Shown here: positions 48,123 through 57,933 of the stretch, piece by piece
Numbering within the stretch: position 1 is the stretch's first letter
How the letters are laid out: the number at the start of each line of letters is the position of its first letter
Origin: Candidatus Babeliales bacterium
Lineage (GTDB): Bacteria > Babelota > Babeliae > Babelales > JANWKD01
Direction: 5' to 3'
Assembly: GCA_963722075.1 (NCBI GenBank)
Contig: CAVRJM010000001.1
Span: forward strand, 1,344,001-1,408,000
Length of the DNA stretch: 64,000 nt
The notes under the pieces: generated by a model
Database searches by the model: none
The model's input: the letters and a program-made list of their open reading frames with translations, nothing else
Told to the model about the DNA's origin: nothing
Position numbers and translations under genes: made by a program

Positions 48123-49334
48123 ATGGTAATTGTACTATTATTTTTATTGAGTTTTTTTACCACCTATAGCATGGACACGCTAAATTTGGAAATAGAAAAT
48201 ACGGGCCTGCTTGGGGTTTCTGAATTTATTTCTTGTGTAGAAGCAGTAATAGGGGGTAATCGTTTTTGGGTTACTAATGATCATAATCTTGTTTTTAAAC
48301 ATTATAATAAAGAAAGATATTTTGTTCGAAGTATTGATGATCCATTTTTTTTAGCAGTTATAAAACATACTGTTGAAATGGATAATAATGAATCAACATT
48401 TGCGTATTTTATTTCACGATATCGACGAGTACTGACTTTTTTATTGCCGCACAAACCTTCTTCTCCTAAAGAAAAGTATTATCTCATGCAATGGGCACGT
48501 CTTGAAAGCTTTAAAAAAGATAGGCAATATGGTGCCAATAGAATTGAATTCATTAGGGCATTAGAAGAGCGGCATGTAGAAAAAATTAATGAAGCATGTC
48601 TTAAAAAAACATGGAAATATTATTATCCACTTAAAAAGGTTATTGTTATGGATATTTTTAATTCAATAGCGGTCAGGAAACCTTTTTTAGGAAAATTTGT
48701 TTCTTTTTTTGATGCTTTTAATCAAGGAACTTTAACTATTGGCAATAGTCGAGTCACTTTTAAGCATTTTAGAAAAAATAAACAGTATACTATCGATTTA
48801 GATCAGATGTGGCAACAACTTTTCTCGATTAATGAAATAGCACGAGTATTTCCTGAAAATATTATTAAATTATTAGATTTATTAAGTAATCCATTTAATA
48901 ATAAAGGGTTTATGAAACTAATTGGTGAGATGAATTCGCAACAACGAAAACCATTATTAGCATTATGGTATTTTTTCTATAATTTTGAATATACATTACG
49001 TGCACTTTGCAATGACCAAAATGCAGTTGAATATAATGAAGCAAAAATGATAACTCATTTGAAAGAAATGAGTCCTAATCAACGTAGAAAATTATTTGGA
49101 TTTACCGCTGCTTCATCAACCGATTATTCACGTTATGTAAAGGAAATTATTAACAGAGAGCAGATTCGTCGTAAATTACACGAAGCGCGTTCAACGCAAA
49201 GCACGGTAAGATTCTTTGGTGCTTATATGGATATGTTGATTGTACGGCTTTTTCAAAATTCATTTTCAGCGTATATTCCCTTTAAACAATATTGTAAGAA
49301 TATTGAAAGGAAGTTAAGTAAAAAAACAAAATAG
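48123..49334 (+). CDS. Hypothetical secreted protein
   Basis: Signal peptide ...YSMDT. Confidence 0.75.
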   Translation: MVIVLLFLLSFFTTYSMDTLNLEIENTGLLGVSEFISCVEAVIGGNRFWVTNDHNLVFKHYNKERYFVRSIDDPFFLAVIKHTVEMDNNESTFAYFISRYRRVLTFLLPHKPSSPKEKYYLMQWARLESFKKDRQYGANRIEFIRALEERHVEKINEACLKKTWKYYYPLKKVIVMDIFNSIAVRKPFLGKFVSFFDAFNQGTLTIGNSRVTFKHFRKNKQYTIDLDQMWQQLFSINEIARVFPENIIKLLDLLSNPFNNKGFMKLIGEMNSQQRKPLLALWYFFYNFEYTLRALCNDQNAVEYNEAKMITHLKEMSPNQRRKLFGFTAASSTDYSRYVKEIINREQIRRKLHEARSTQSTVRFFGAYMDMLIVRLFQNSFSAYIPFKQYCKNIERKLSKKTK

Positions 49335-49384
49335 TTAAGATTGTGTTATGCTACTACTAAATAATTGCATTTAGGAAGAAAAAT

Positions 49385-49744
49385 ATGGCTGATAACATAA
49401 CAACCATTCATGAACTTAAAGAAAAAATTAAACTATTTATGCAAGAGCGCGATTGGCATCAGTTTCATAATCCAAAAAACATCAGTATGAGTATTGCTGC
49501 AGAAGCAGCGGAATTAATGGAATTTTTTCTGTGGATTGATGGCAATCAATCGTATGAGGTTTGCCAGAAAAAAAGGGATCAGGTTGAACAGGAAGTTGCT
49601 GATGTAGCAATTCTCTTATTAAATTTTTGTGAACGTACTCAGATTGATCTAGCTGAAGCAATTATGCATAAAATGAAGATAAATGCTCAAAAATATCCGA
49701 TAGAAAAGGCTAAAGGCCGCACTGATAAATATACAGATTTATAA
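49385..49744 (+). CDS. MazG-like nucleotide pyrophosphohydrolase (dCTPase 1-like)
   Basis: ERDWHQFHNPKN, EAAELME, QEVADV, KYP. Confidence 0.92.
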   Translation: MADNITTIHELKEKIKLFMQERDWHQFHNPKNISMSIAAEAAELMEFFLWIDGNQSYEVCQKKRDQVEQEVADVAILLLNFCERTQIDLAEAIMHKMKINAQKYPIEKAKGRTDKYTDL

Positions 49745-49960
49745 AATGATCCTAAATCGCTACTATATATGCAAAAAATCTTGCTCATTAGTCTGTAATG
49801 CGAACATACCACTTTTATAGGCTCACTAGTGATCATTAATTGTGATTGTTGATTTAATTAAACGCAATTGAAATTAAATAAAAAAATATATATAATTAAA
49901 ACAATAAAACAAAATTTATTTTTTATTGTCAATTTTAATTGATGGTTTAGGACTACTAAT

Positions 49961-50287
49961 ATGCTAAATGTTTTGTTTTTATTGCTCTTTATGAACCCCT
50001 TCTCTTTATTTGCCATGAAACGTGAGTGGCCTTCAACACGCGATCAGGAAGCAATACGTAAAGAGGAAGAGCTCTTTAAGAAGTTGAAGGATGAGTTGAG
50101 GGATTTATCCGATGAAGACCAACTAAGAGAGTTGGAAAAACATTCACTTGCTGTGCTCTATATTGATGAGTATAACGGGGGTGCTTTTATTGCATCGATA
50201 CCCTGGCTCAATCAAGTGCATAATCAACAGAATTCAGATAATACACCAAATACAGCTAATTCAGCTAAATTTTATTGGGAGCACTAA
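49961..50287 (+). CDS. Small secreted hypothetical protein
   Basis: Signal peptide ...FAMKR. Confidence 0.65.
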   Translation: MLNVLFLLLFMNPFSLFAMKREWPSTRDQEAIRKEEELFKKLKDELRDLSDEDQLRELEKHSLAVLYIDEYNGGAFIASIPWLNQVHNQQNSDNTPNTANSAKFYWEH

Positions 50288-50336
50288 TAATCTTCATTAA
50301 TGTATTTTTAACTACTAATTTTAGGCATGAATCACC

Positions 50337-50591
50337 ATGAACTATTCTTTTCTTCTCTTTTTATTTTTTTTGCAACCTGCTTTTTTATATTCGATGGATA
50401 TAGAATCTTTAAAAAAGACAGAGACTGATCAGCCAACCAATCAACAATTATCAACGAGCCCTGAACTTACTAGCGTATACACTGAATGTTTTATTACGGG
50501 TGCTTATTATAATCATCAAATTATTTTAAATCAGAAATCAGAAGCTGAAGAAAGAAGTGCCCAAGAGCCCTTATTTCCTGGGAGCCGCTGA
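50337..50591 (+). CDS. Small secreted hypothetical protein
   Basis: Signal peptide ...YSMDI. Confidence 0.6.
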   Translation: MNYSFLLFLFFLQPAFLYSMDIESLKKTETDQPTNQQLSTSPELTSVYTECFITGAYYNHQIILNQKSEAEERSAQEPLFPGSR

Positions 50592-50663
50592 TAGTAATTT
50601 ATTGATTTCATGAGTGACTCTTTATACACTATTTCTATTATAAATTACTATAAGGAGCACTTC

Positions 50664-50909
50664 GTGAAATATACTGTAATAAGTTTTCTTTTTTTAGCAG
50701 TAGTTACTAGCTATGCTATGGACGAAAACAAGAAAAGTCCCAAGAAAAAAAGTCCTCTTTTACAAAAAAAGAGTTTTGAACACAACAATTGTAATCCATA
50801 CAATTGGAAAACAACACGCGATAAAGGAGTACCAAGCGAAGCATCAAAATATGGTGATGACTTTGATTATGTACTTTTGAGCCATCAGCGCAATAATAAA
50901 TCGGAGTAA
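50664..50909 (+). CDS. Small secreted hypothetical protein
   Basis: AAGGAG then GTG 50664; signal peptide ...YAMDE. Confidence 0.6.
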   Translation: MKYTVISFLFLAVVTSYAMDENKKSPKKKSPLLQKKSFEHNNCNPYNWKTTRDKGVPSEASKYGDDFDYVLLSHQRNNKSE

Positions 50910-50916
50910 TCATTCA

Positions 50917-51357
50917 TTGATTGATTTTGAAGTTATTCCCCATACAGCAGATTTAAAAATTCGTGTGTATGGCACCACCTATGAGCAGTTATTTAAAAAT
51001 GCCTTGATTGGTATGTTTACCAGTATTCATCCCATATCTAGTGCCTGTTCCTATAAAAATAACCGATTGTTATGTAATGAACTTACTCAGCAACATGCTA
51101 TTCATGTTGAAGCAATAGATAGTGAATCATTGTTAGTAGCGTTTCTCTCAGAAGCGCTCTATTTTTCCGATACCCATAATGAAGCGTATTTGGATATTGC
51201 ATTCAAAACTCTGAATGAACGTCTCTTAATTGGTACCATTTATGGGGTTAAAATTGAAGGATTTGAAGTAGTTGAAATTAAAGCAGTTACGTATCACGAT
51301 TTACATATTAAAAAGGTAAACGGGATATGGCAAACAGACATAGTCTTTGATATATAG
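50917..51357 (+). CDS. Archease
   Basis: HTADL, EIKAVTYH, C-terminal FDI. Confidence 0.92.
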   Translation: MIDFEVIPHTADLKIRVYGTTYEQLFKNALIGMFTSIHPISSACSYKNNRLLCNELTQQHAIHVEAIDSESLLVAFLSEALYFSDTHNEAYLDIAFKTLNERLLIGTIYGVKIEGFEVVEIKAVTYHDLHIKKVNGIWQTDIVFDI

Positions 51358-52820
51358 TGAGCTTTATGAAAGAAATAACACGTCATGATCTTATAAAAGT
51401 TGAAGAAACGGTTTACGATATTCCCAAAAGTTTTCGTGCTGATATGAATGTGCCAGCACGTATTTTTGTAAATGATACATTGCTTGCAGAATTGTTTCAT
51501 GATAGGTCATTAGGACAAATTGTAAATGTTGCTTCGTTGCCGGGTATTGTAGGATACGCCTTTGCAATGCCTGATATTCATGAAGGATATGGATTTCCCA
51601 TTGGTGGGGTTGCTGCAACTGATATACATCAAAATGGTGTTATTTCACCAGGTGGTATTGGCTATGATATTAATTGTGGCGTACGTCTTTTGGCTGCTGA
51701 CGTTGAAGTTGATGCAGCGCGACCATTTTTAGAACAGTTGGCAACTCAGATTTTTAAAGCAGTTCCTTCGGGTGTTGGTCGCGGTGGTTCTCTTTCTTTA
51801 TCAATCAAAGAGCTTGATGGCATTTTAAAGCACGGTGTTAATTATTTTCTTGAACGAAATATTGGTGTCAGTGGTGATAAAGAATTTTGTGAAGAACGGG
51901 GCTGTATGGAAGGAGCTGATCCTGATGCTGTTTCAGATAAAGCAAAAGAGCGTGGCCGTGATCAATTAGGAACTCTTGGTTCAGGAAATCATTTTTTAGA
52001 AATTCAATACGTTGATACTATTTTCGATCCATTAGTTGCTGATGTTTTTGGTTTAAAAAAAGGCATGATAACTATTATGATTCATTGCGGATCTCGTGGC
52101 TTTGGTCATCAAGTATGTACCGATTATGTACAGCGGTTTATGCCGCATCTTAAAGAATGGAATATAGAATTACCAGATCGAGAATTAGTATGTGCGCCTT
52201 TTACCAGCCAACTTGGTCAAGATTATTACCATGCCATGCAAGCAGCAGCAAATTTTGCATGGGCCAATCGTCTCATGATTGGTCATAAGGTTCGTGAGGC
52301 ATGGCATCAGGTATTTGGTAATCGATACCAGTTACGCACGGTTTATGATGTCTCGCATAACATGGGAAAATTAGAAACACATCTAATTGATGGTAATCAA
52401 CGTTCATTATTAGTGCACCGTAAGGGTGCTACGCGTGCATTTGGCCCCGAACGGCCTGAAATACCTGCTGCCTACCGGCATATTGGTCAACCGGTGTTAA
52501 TTCCTGGTACTATGGGAACTTCTTCGTATGTTTTAGTGGGCACGTCAGCAGGAATGCAAACGGCATTTGGAAGTTCATGCCATGGCGCGGGAAGGACCAT
52601 GTCTCGATTACAAGCAAAGAAGACAGTACGCGGATCAATCTTACGAGATCAGCTGGAGCGCCAAGGAATTATTATTAAATGTGATTCTGACCCGGGACTT
52701 GCTGAAGAAGCGCCATTGGCATATAAAGATGTTGAAGAAGTTGTTTCGGTTGTAGAAAAATCTCATTTAGCTAATCGCGTTGCGCGCCTTATTCCGTTAG
52801 CGGTGATTAAAGGTGGATGA
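51357..52820 (+). CDS. rtcB: RNA ligase RtcB (long, archaeal/eukaryote-like type)
   Basis: MPDIHEGYGFPIGG, GYDINCG, GTLGSGNHFLE, HCGSRG, HRKGAT, HGAGR; start may be ATG 51366. Confidence 0.96.
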   Translation: MSFMKEITRHDLIKVEETVYDIPKSFRADMNVPARIFVNDTLLAELFHDRSLGQIVNVASLPGIVGYAFAMPDIHEGYGFPIGGVAATDIHQNGVISPGGIGYDINCGVRLLAADVEVDAARPFLEQLATQIFKAVPSGVGRGGSLSLSIKELDGILKHGVNYFLERNIGVSGDKEFCEERGCMEGADPDAVSDKAKERGRDQLGTLGSGNHFLEIQYVDTIFDPLVADVFGLKKGMITIMIHCGSRGFGHQVCTDYVQRFMPHLKEWNIELPDRELVCAPFTSQLGQDYYHAMQAAANFAWANRLMIGHKVREAWHQVFGNRYQLRTVYDVSHNMGKLETHLIDGNQRSLLVHRKGATRAFGPERPEIPAAYRHIGQPVLIPGTMGTSSYVLVGTSAGMQTAFGSSCHGAGRTMSRLQAKKTVRGSILRDQLERQGIIIKCDSDPGLAEEAPLAYKDVEEVVSVVEKSHLANRVARLIPLAVIKGG

Positions 52821-52830
52821 CATGTTCCAT

Positions 52831-52865
52831 GTCATCCTGAGGAGCAAAGCGACGTGAGGATCCAG
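52831..52865 (+). repeat. Single REP unit
   Basis: gtcatcctgaggagcaaagcgacgtgaggatccag between convergent rtcB and holB. Confidence 0.85.
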
Positions 52866-52885
52866 TAATTATTTATTCCTTTGTA

Positions 52886-53599
52886 TCACTGCAATTGTAA
52901 AAAGAGGTTTTTCCAAAATAATTTTGCACTCCCCGGCATGGGCAACCGTTCATGTACGGCTTGTAAATATTGAATTGTATTTATAATACCTTCTGATTGG
53001 TCAGCAGCAGCTTTTTTATATTCATTAAGCCAATAGGAAATTATCTGTTGTAGAATCTGTTGGGTAGCACGTTCATCGAGTGTTATTGAATCTATCACCT
53101 GAAGAAACTCTTCAATACCATTTTTTTGTCCGGTAAAAAAGGGAGTGAGTGCCGATGCTGATTCCTGTACAAATCTATCATGATGCCAAATAAAACAGCG
53201 TGATCGTAACGTGGGAGCTACTGATCTTATTTGTTGGGCCAAAAAAATGATACGATAACCAGCAGGCGGTTCTTCAACCGATTTCAACAAACGATTAGCG
53301 CATGCGGAGGAAAGATAATCCGCTGCGGTAAATATAAAGAAAAATTTTTGGGTGGGTGCTAATGCTTTCTCAATAGTATTAAAAAAAGGCTCCAGTTGTT
53401 CTAGCGTATACCAGGTGGTTTGTGGGCTGAGCCATAAACAAGCATAATGTTGTTGATTTTGAATTTGTGTACAATCGATGCAGCGCATACACCCTTGTTG
53501 TGGACACAATTCTTTTTGTAAATACGTTTGGGTATATTGCAGTAATGGTTTGCTACTGCCAACCCATAATTGTGCAGAAGTTTGGGATGAATAATTCAT
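52886..53599 (-). CDS. holB: DNA polymerase III delta' subunit-like
   Basis: CMRCIDC, ANRLLKSVEEPP, TLRSRC; follows tmk. Confidence 0.8.
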   Translation of the reverse strand: MNYSSQTSAQLWVGSSKPLLQYTQTYLQKELCPQQGCMRCIDCTQIQNQQHYACLWLSPQTTWYTLEQLEPFFNTIEKALAPTQKFFFIFTAADYLSSACANRLLKSVEEPPAGYRIIFLAQQIRSVAPTLRSRCFIWHHDRFVQESASALTPFFTGQKNGIEEFLQVIDSITLDERATQQILQQIISYWLNEYKKAAADQSEGIINTIQYLQAVHERLPMPGSAKLFWKNLFLQLQ

Positions 53600-54261
53600 G
53601 AGGGTTCTGCATTACATGAATGGTGTTGTTGCTGTGCAAGTACATTACCTAGTGCTAGTATGCCCGCATTGATAACTGCTGGCAATGATTGTTCTGCATC
53701 AATAATACATACATCTGGACGATTGTGATATAGTTCATCAAAACCATTAACCACTTTTGTAAGAAGCTGCTTATTTTCAAATTGAGTGATGGTATTATTG
53801 CGTTGTTCTAAGCGGTTTAATGCTGTTTGCAGACTCACTTTAAGATACAGCGTTATAGAGGGATGTATTCCTTGCATAACCCACTTGTTGATTGCGTGTA
53901 GATGCGCTAATTCAACGCCTTGTGCGTACCCTTGATATACTAATGAAGAATCAGCGCAACGATCAGAAATAATGATAGTACCATTCTTATAAGCAGGTAT
54001 TATTATTTCATGAAAATGCTGTGCGCGATCGGCGGCAAATAATAAAAATTCCGCCTGGGGATACCGTTTAATGCTTTTGTCGTTTACCATTGCTCGTATT
54101 AGATTTCCTAATGAGGATCCGCCTGGTTCTTTAGTGAGTAGAGTTGGATATTGGTTTTGTACAAAAAAATCATATAAGGCACGGGCAAGCGTTGATTTTC
54201 CTGAACCATCGATGCCTTCGATGGCAATAAAAAGTGGGGTTTTCATTTCGTTTTTATTCAT
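53596..54261 (-). CDS. tmk: Thymidylate kinase
   Basis: IEGIDGSGKST, KEPG, LFAADR, ISDR, YQG; start 54261 or 54246. Confidence 0.95.
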   Translation of the reverse strand: MNKNEMKTPLFIAIEGIDGSGKSTLARALYDFFVQNQYPTLLTKEPGGSSLGNLIRAMVNDKSIKRYPQAEFLLFAADRAQHFHEIIIPAYKNGTIIISDRCADSSLVYQGYAQGVELAHLHAINKWVMQGIHPSITLYLKVSLQTALNRLEQRNNTITQFENKQLLTKVVNGFDELYHNRPDVCIIDAEQSLPAVINAGILALGNVLAQQQHHSCNAEPS

Positions 54262-54309
54262 TGAAATATCTTCTTGATTAATGTGAATTCGATTTGCGAA
54301 TCTACCATT

Positions 54310-54853
54310 ATGTTTGTTGGTGTATATGCAAAAAATATTGCTCATACGATTTGGATTTACAAATATATGTCGTTGCGAGCTTGTCGAAGCAATCCAGGCG
54401 CATATTACAAACCTCTAAATTGTATACACAAATCATCCCAATAGGGATTTGCTGATTCAATCAGTGCCAATTTTTTTGAACGTGATCCTGCTTTTATATG
54501 TTTTTCTCGAGCAATAGCAGAAGTCATATTGTCAAAGAATTCAACGTATACAAGGAGTTGGCAATTATATTTAGCGGTAAATTCAACTTTATTATTTTTG
54601 TGTTGTGAAATTCGTTGAATTATATTTCCAGTTACTCCGGTATAAAGAGTTCCATTTCGCTTATTTGTCATAATATAGACAGCTGGTCGTTTCATAATTT
54701 TGATTATTAGAATTTAAATTATTTTAACCTGGATTGCTTCGACAAGCGCGCAACGACGATTTTTTCGATGTGTACATCATTGCAAGGAGCGTATCGATGG
54801 TATCCAGTTTTTTGTCTTGAGTATAAATACCATTAAAAACTCAATAGAGTCTA
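54310..54853 (-). mobile_element. Candidate autonomous REP-flanked GIY-YIG element
   Basis: Inverted REPs 54369-54398 and 54728-54757, third REP 54776-54807, TIR-like end 54842-54851 followed by TA; left boundary approximate. Confidence 0.7.
54405..54695 (-). CDS. Small stand-alone GIY-YIG nuclease
   Basis: AVYIMTNKRNGTLYTGVT..R...H, FTAKY, E-x-x-IK, LIESANPYWDDL. Confidence 0.93.
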   Translation of the reverse strand: MKRPAVYIMTNKRNGTLYTGVTGNIIQRISQHKNNKVEFTAKYNCQLLVYVEFFDNMTSAIAREKHIKAGSRSKKLALIESANPYWDDLCIQFRGL

Positions 54854-54953
54854 GTTACAATTCATTGTTGATTTTATTATATTAGCTCTATAGATCTACT
54901 ATATCATGATATACAAATAATTTACATTCACATTTTATTGAAAGGCCTTTTTA

Positions 54954-56573
54954 ATGAAAACAAGCCAGCCTTCTTTTGAGTTGCCGTCTCCTTTTTTGAA
55001 TAATGCCCAACAAAAACAATATGAGAGATTTCAAACGTTGTATAAGCAGCTGTATGAAGATAATAGGTTTATGGCCACATCTTCATTATTGCAACGGGCA
55101 GCACGGCGTTTTGCTCAATCAACCGCCCTTATATATAAAGACACCACCATCACCTTTGCTCAGCTATATCACCATTCATTACAAATAACCAAGCAGCTTC
55201 TTTCTTTAGGTGTTAAGCACCAAGATAAAGTTTGTTTATTATTTGAAAATTCAGTTGCGTATTATGAATGTTATTTTGGCATTTGGCAAACAGGAGCAGT
55301 AGTAGCCCCCCTTAATACCTTTTTAACTGAACGTGAATTAATCCATATTATTGAGGATTGCAAGCCTACCGTTCTTATTGTTTCAGAAGAATTTAGCAAA
55401 AAATTTGACCCTTCAGTTTTTAAAAATACGCAGGTATTAGTGGTGGCGCAACGGGAAACTGATTCATCGCAAATGGTTTTTAATGATGAAGAATATGAAA
55501 TTCCGTATACCGATCCTGATCAAATGATCGCGCTTTTGTACACCTCAGGAACAACCGGTTTTCCTAAGGGGGTTATGTTAAGCTCACGCAATATATTAAC
55601 CAATGTTATTCAAATAATCTCAGCGGTTGAAGTAAGTTCAGCGGATCGATTATTGGCGATCTTGCCATTGTTTCATAGTTTTGCACAAAATATTTCCGTA
55701 TGGTCTACCTTTTTTTTAGGAGCGAGTACCATTGTTGTTCCTAAGATAGAACGCCATTGGATTCTTGACGGCTTTAAACATAATCCGACGGTTGTTATAG
55801 GCGTTCCTGTTCTGTATGGGCTGTTGAGTATGATGAAGCATATTGATGTTTCCAATGTGCGTTATTTTGTTTCAGGTGGTGATGCGCTACCAGATAAAAT
55901 TAGATCTGTTTTTGAGCTGGTGTTTCAACGAAAATTATGCAATGGGTATGGGCTCACCGAAGCATCGCCATTTATTGCAGCAGATTTGGATGATGAATTA
56001 AAACCAACTAATACTATAGGTCTACCAGCATTGGGAATTGAATGTTCATTGCGTGATGAGCTTGGCAATCCAATAGAAAAGAATCAAGTTGGCATTCTAT
56101 GGGTAAAGGGTGATAATATTATGCTTGGTTATTATAATGCTCCTGAAGCAACGTATGATATGTTAAAAGATGGCTGGCTTAATACGGGAGATTTCGCCAC
56201 TTTTGATAATCAAGGACGCTTATTAATTGTAGGGCGTTTTAAAGATCTTATTATACATAAAGGATTTAACATTTACCCACAGGAAATAGAAAATATTTTA
56301 ATGAGTTACCCAAACATGTTGAAGGTTGCGGTGATTGGTATTCCTGATGAGCAGACGGGTGAAGTGCCGGTGGCATATGTGGTAATAAAAGATGCAGCAG
56401 CCGATATTGAAAAGCAACTTAATCAATTATGTATGAATGCGTTGGCGGCCTATAAGGTGCCACGCCATTTTATTGTATTAGAAGATTTGCCTATGACGTC
56501 ACTGGGTAAAATTGATAAAAAGAAGTTGAAGCAAGAATTTAAGAAGCATATGACGACTCAGTCGTCATCCTGA
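54954..56573 (+). CDS. Long-chain fatty acid-CoA ligase (AMP-binding)
   Basis: YTSGTTGFPKG, GYGLTE, TGD, GRFKD, GKIDK. Confidence 0.93.
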   Translation: MKTSQPSFELPSPFLNNAQQKQYERFQTLYKQLYEDNRFMATSSLLQRAARRFAQSTALIYKDTTITFAQLYHHSLQITKQLLSLGVKHQDKVCLLFENSVAYYECYFGIWQTGAVVAPLNTFLTERELIHIIEDCKPTVLIVSEEFSKKFDPSVFKNTQVLVVAQRETDSSQMVFNDEEYEIPYTDPDQMIALLYTSGTTGFPKGVMLSSRNILTNVIQIISAVEVSSADRLLAILPLFHSFAQNISVWSTFFLGASTIVVPKIERHWILDGFKHNPTVVIGVPVLYGLLSMMKHIDVSNVRYFVSGGDALPDKIRSVFELVFQRKLCNGYGLTEASPFIAADLDDELKPTNTIGLPALGIECSLRDELGNPIEKNQVGILWVKGDNIMLGYYNAPEATYDMLKDGWLNTGDFATFDNQGRLLIVGRFKDLIIHKGFNIYPQEIENILMSYPNMLKVAVIGIPDEQTGEVPVAYVVIKDAAADIEKQLNQLCMNALAAYKVPRHFIVLEDLPMTSLGKIDKKKLKQEFKKHMTTQSSS

Positions 56574-56769
56574 GGAGCGAAGCTCCGTGAGGATCCAGGA
56601 ATAAAGAGGGTAATAATTAATGGATTCCCACGCAGGCTCGGAATGACAGTTTTGCTACTATTGTCATCCCGAGGAGCTTGTGTCCGACTTCGCCAAGGCT
56701 ACGCCGGATTCCGTAATGACAAGTGCGTGTCCGGCGGAGTTTTAACGGAGACGGAACGTGGGGATCTAG
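56561..56769. repeat. REP cluster (inverted doublet plus composite unit)
   Basis: Units at 56561-56598 (+), 56621-56647 (-) and 56663-56769 (+, composite). Confidence 0.85.
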
Positions 56770-56802
56770 TCCTTGCAATTAGGAATAAGGAAGAACGTAG
56801 TT

Positions 56803-57933
56803 ATGGCTGAAAAAAAAACAATACTACACATAATAACGAGTTTAAAAATTGGTGGGGCAGAAACGCTCCTGGCTGATTTTTTAGAACATCCGCAAGCAGC
56901 AGATTTTGATCACCAGGTTATTTATTTTTATGATGGGCCTAATAAAGCGCGGCTGCAAGAATTAGGTATTGCCTGTTATCAAGTTAAAGGATTATTCTGT
57001 TTATATGATCCACTGTTTTTTATGCGGTTGTATCGGCTGATTAAAAAATTGAAGCCTGATTGTATTCATAGTTGGCTCTGGTCAGCTAACGTTGTGGCGC
57101 GTGTAGTTAATCTTTGGTTGCGTATTCCGTTACTCAATAGCTTTCATTTAGGTGCTGATCAGGATGGCTGGGTACGTAACGCGCTTGATAGGGCTACCGA
57201 ATATATCCCGGCTCGTTTAGTGGCCGTATCTGAAGGGGTGGCGCAATTACTGGTGACCCATTTGCATATTAGTAACCAAGAACGGCTTACCGTTATAAAA
57301 AATGGTATTGATCCTGATAACATACATACAAAAAGTAAAAAAATGAGCGCCGCACGGGCTGCTTTAGGATTAAGTGATCAGCAGTATATCATCGGTACGG
57401 TCGGACGTTGGATTGAGCGCAAGAATTATCTCTTTCTACTTGAGGTGTTTGCGCAGCTACATCAAAAAGATCCTACCGTTGTTTTATTATTGATTGGCAA
57501 GGGAGAGCAAAAAGGGCTTTTATATGAACGAGCACGTACCCTTGGTATAAGCAATTATGTCAAATTCATAGAAGGCCAGCCGGCATTAGGTTATTATCAG
57601 CTCTTTGATTGCTTTATTCAAACCTCATTTAAAGAAGGAATATCTATTGCTCTTTTAGAGGCTATGAGTTGCCGGTTGCCTTGTATTTTAACAGAACCGT
57701 CTGGGGTGCATGAGGTTATTGTTCATGAATATAACGGCTTATTGGTTCCTTCGTATAATGCCGTTGAGGTGTGTCAGGCGATCAATCGCCTTAAGAATGA
57801 GAAGCAGTTAGCCAAGGCATTGGGTGGTAATGCATATGCTACCATTAAAGAACAATTTAATGTAGAAACAATGATTAATTCGTATCATAAAGAATATAGC
57901 CAGTTAATTAATTTTAATGAGAAAAACAGATAA
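56803..57933 (+). CDS. Glycosyltransferase family 4
   Basis: IGGAE, KNGID, VGR..RKN, EGISIALLEAM. Confidence 0.92.
   Translation: MAEKKTILHIITSLKIGGAETLLADFLEHPQAADFDHQVIYFYDGPNKARLQELGIACYQVKGLFCLYDPLFFMRLYRLIKKLKPDCIHSWLWSANVVARVVNLWLRIPLLNSFHLGADQDGWVRNALDRATEYIPARLVAVSEGVAQLLVTHLHISNQERLTVIKNGIDPDNIHTKSKKMSAARAALGLSDQQYIIGTVGRWIERKNYLFLLEVFAQLHQKDPTVVLLLIGKGEQKGLLYERARTLGISNYVKFIEGQPALGYYQLFDCFIQTSFKEGISIALLEAMSCRLPCILTEPSGVHEVIVHEYNGLLVPSYNAVEVCQAINRLKNEKQLAKALGGNAYATIKEQFNVETMINSYHKEYSQLINFNEKNR

Noticed and set aside
54262..54345. N-terminal extension of tmk
   Set aside because: Lies partly in the flank of the GIY-YIG element; Tmk homology starts near 54246-54261
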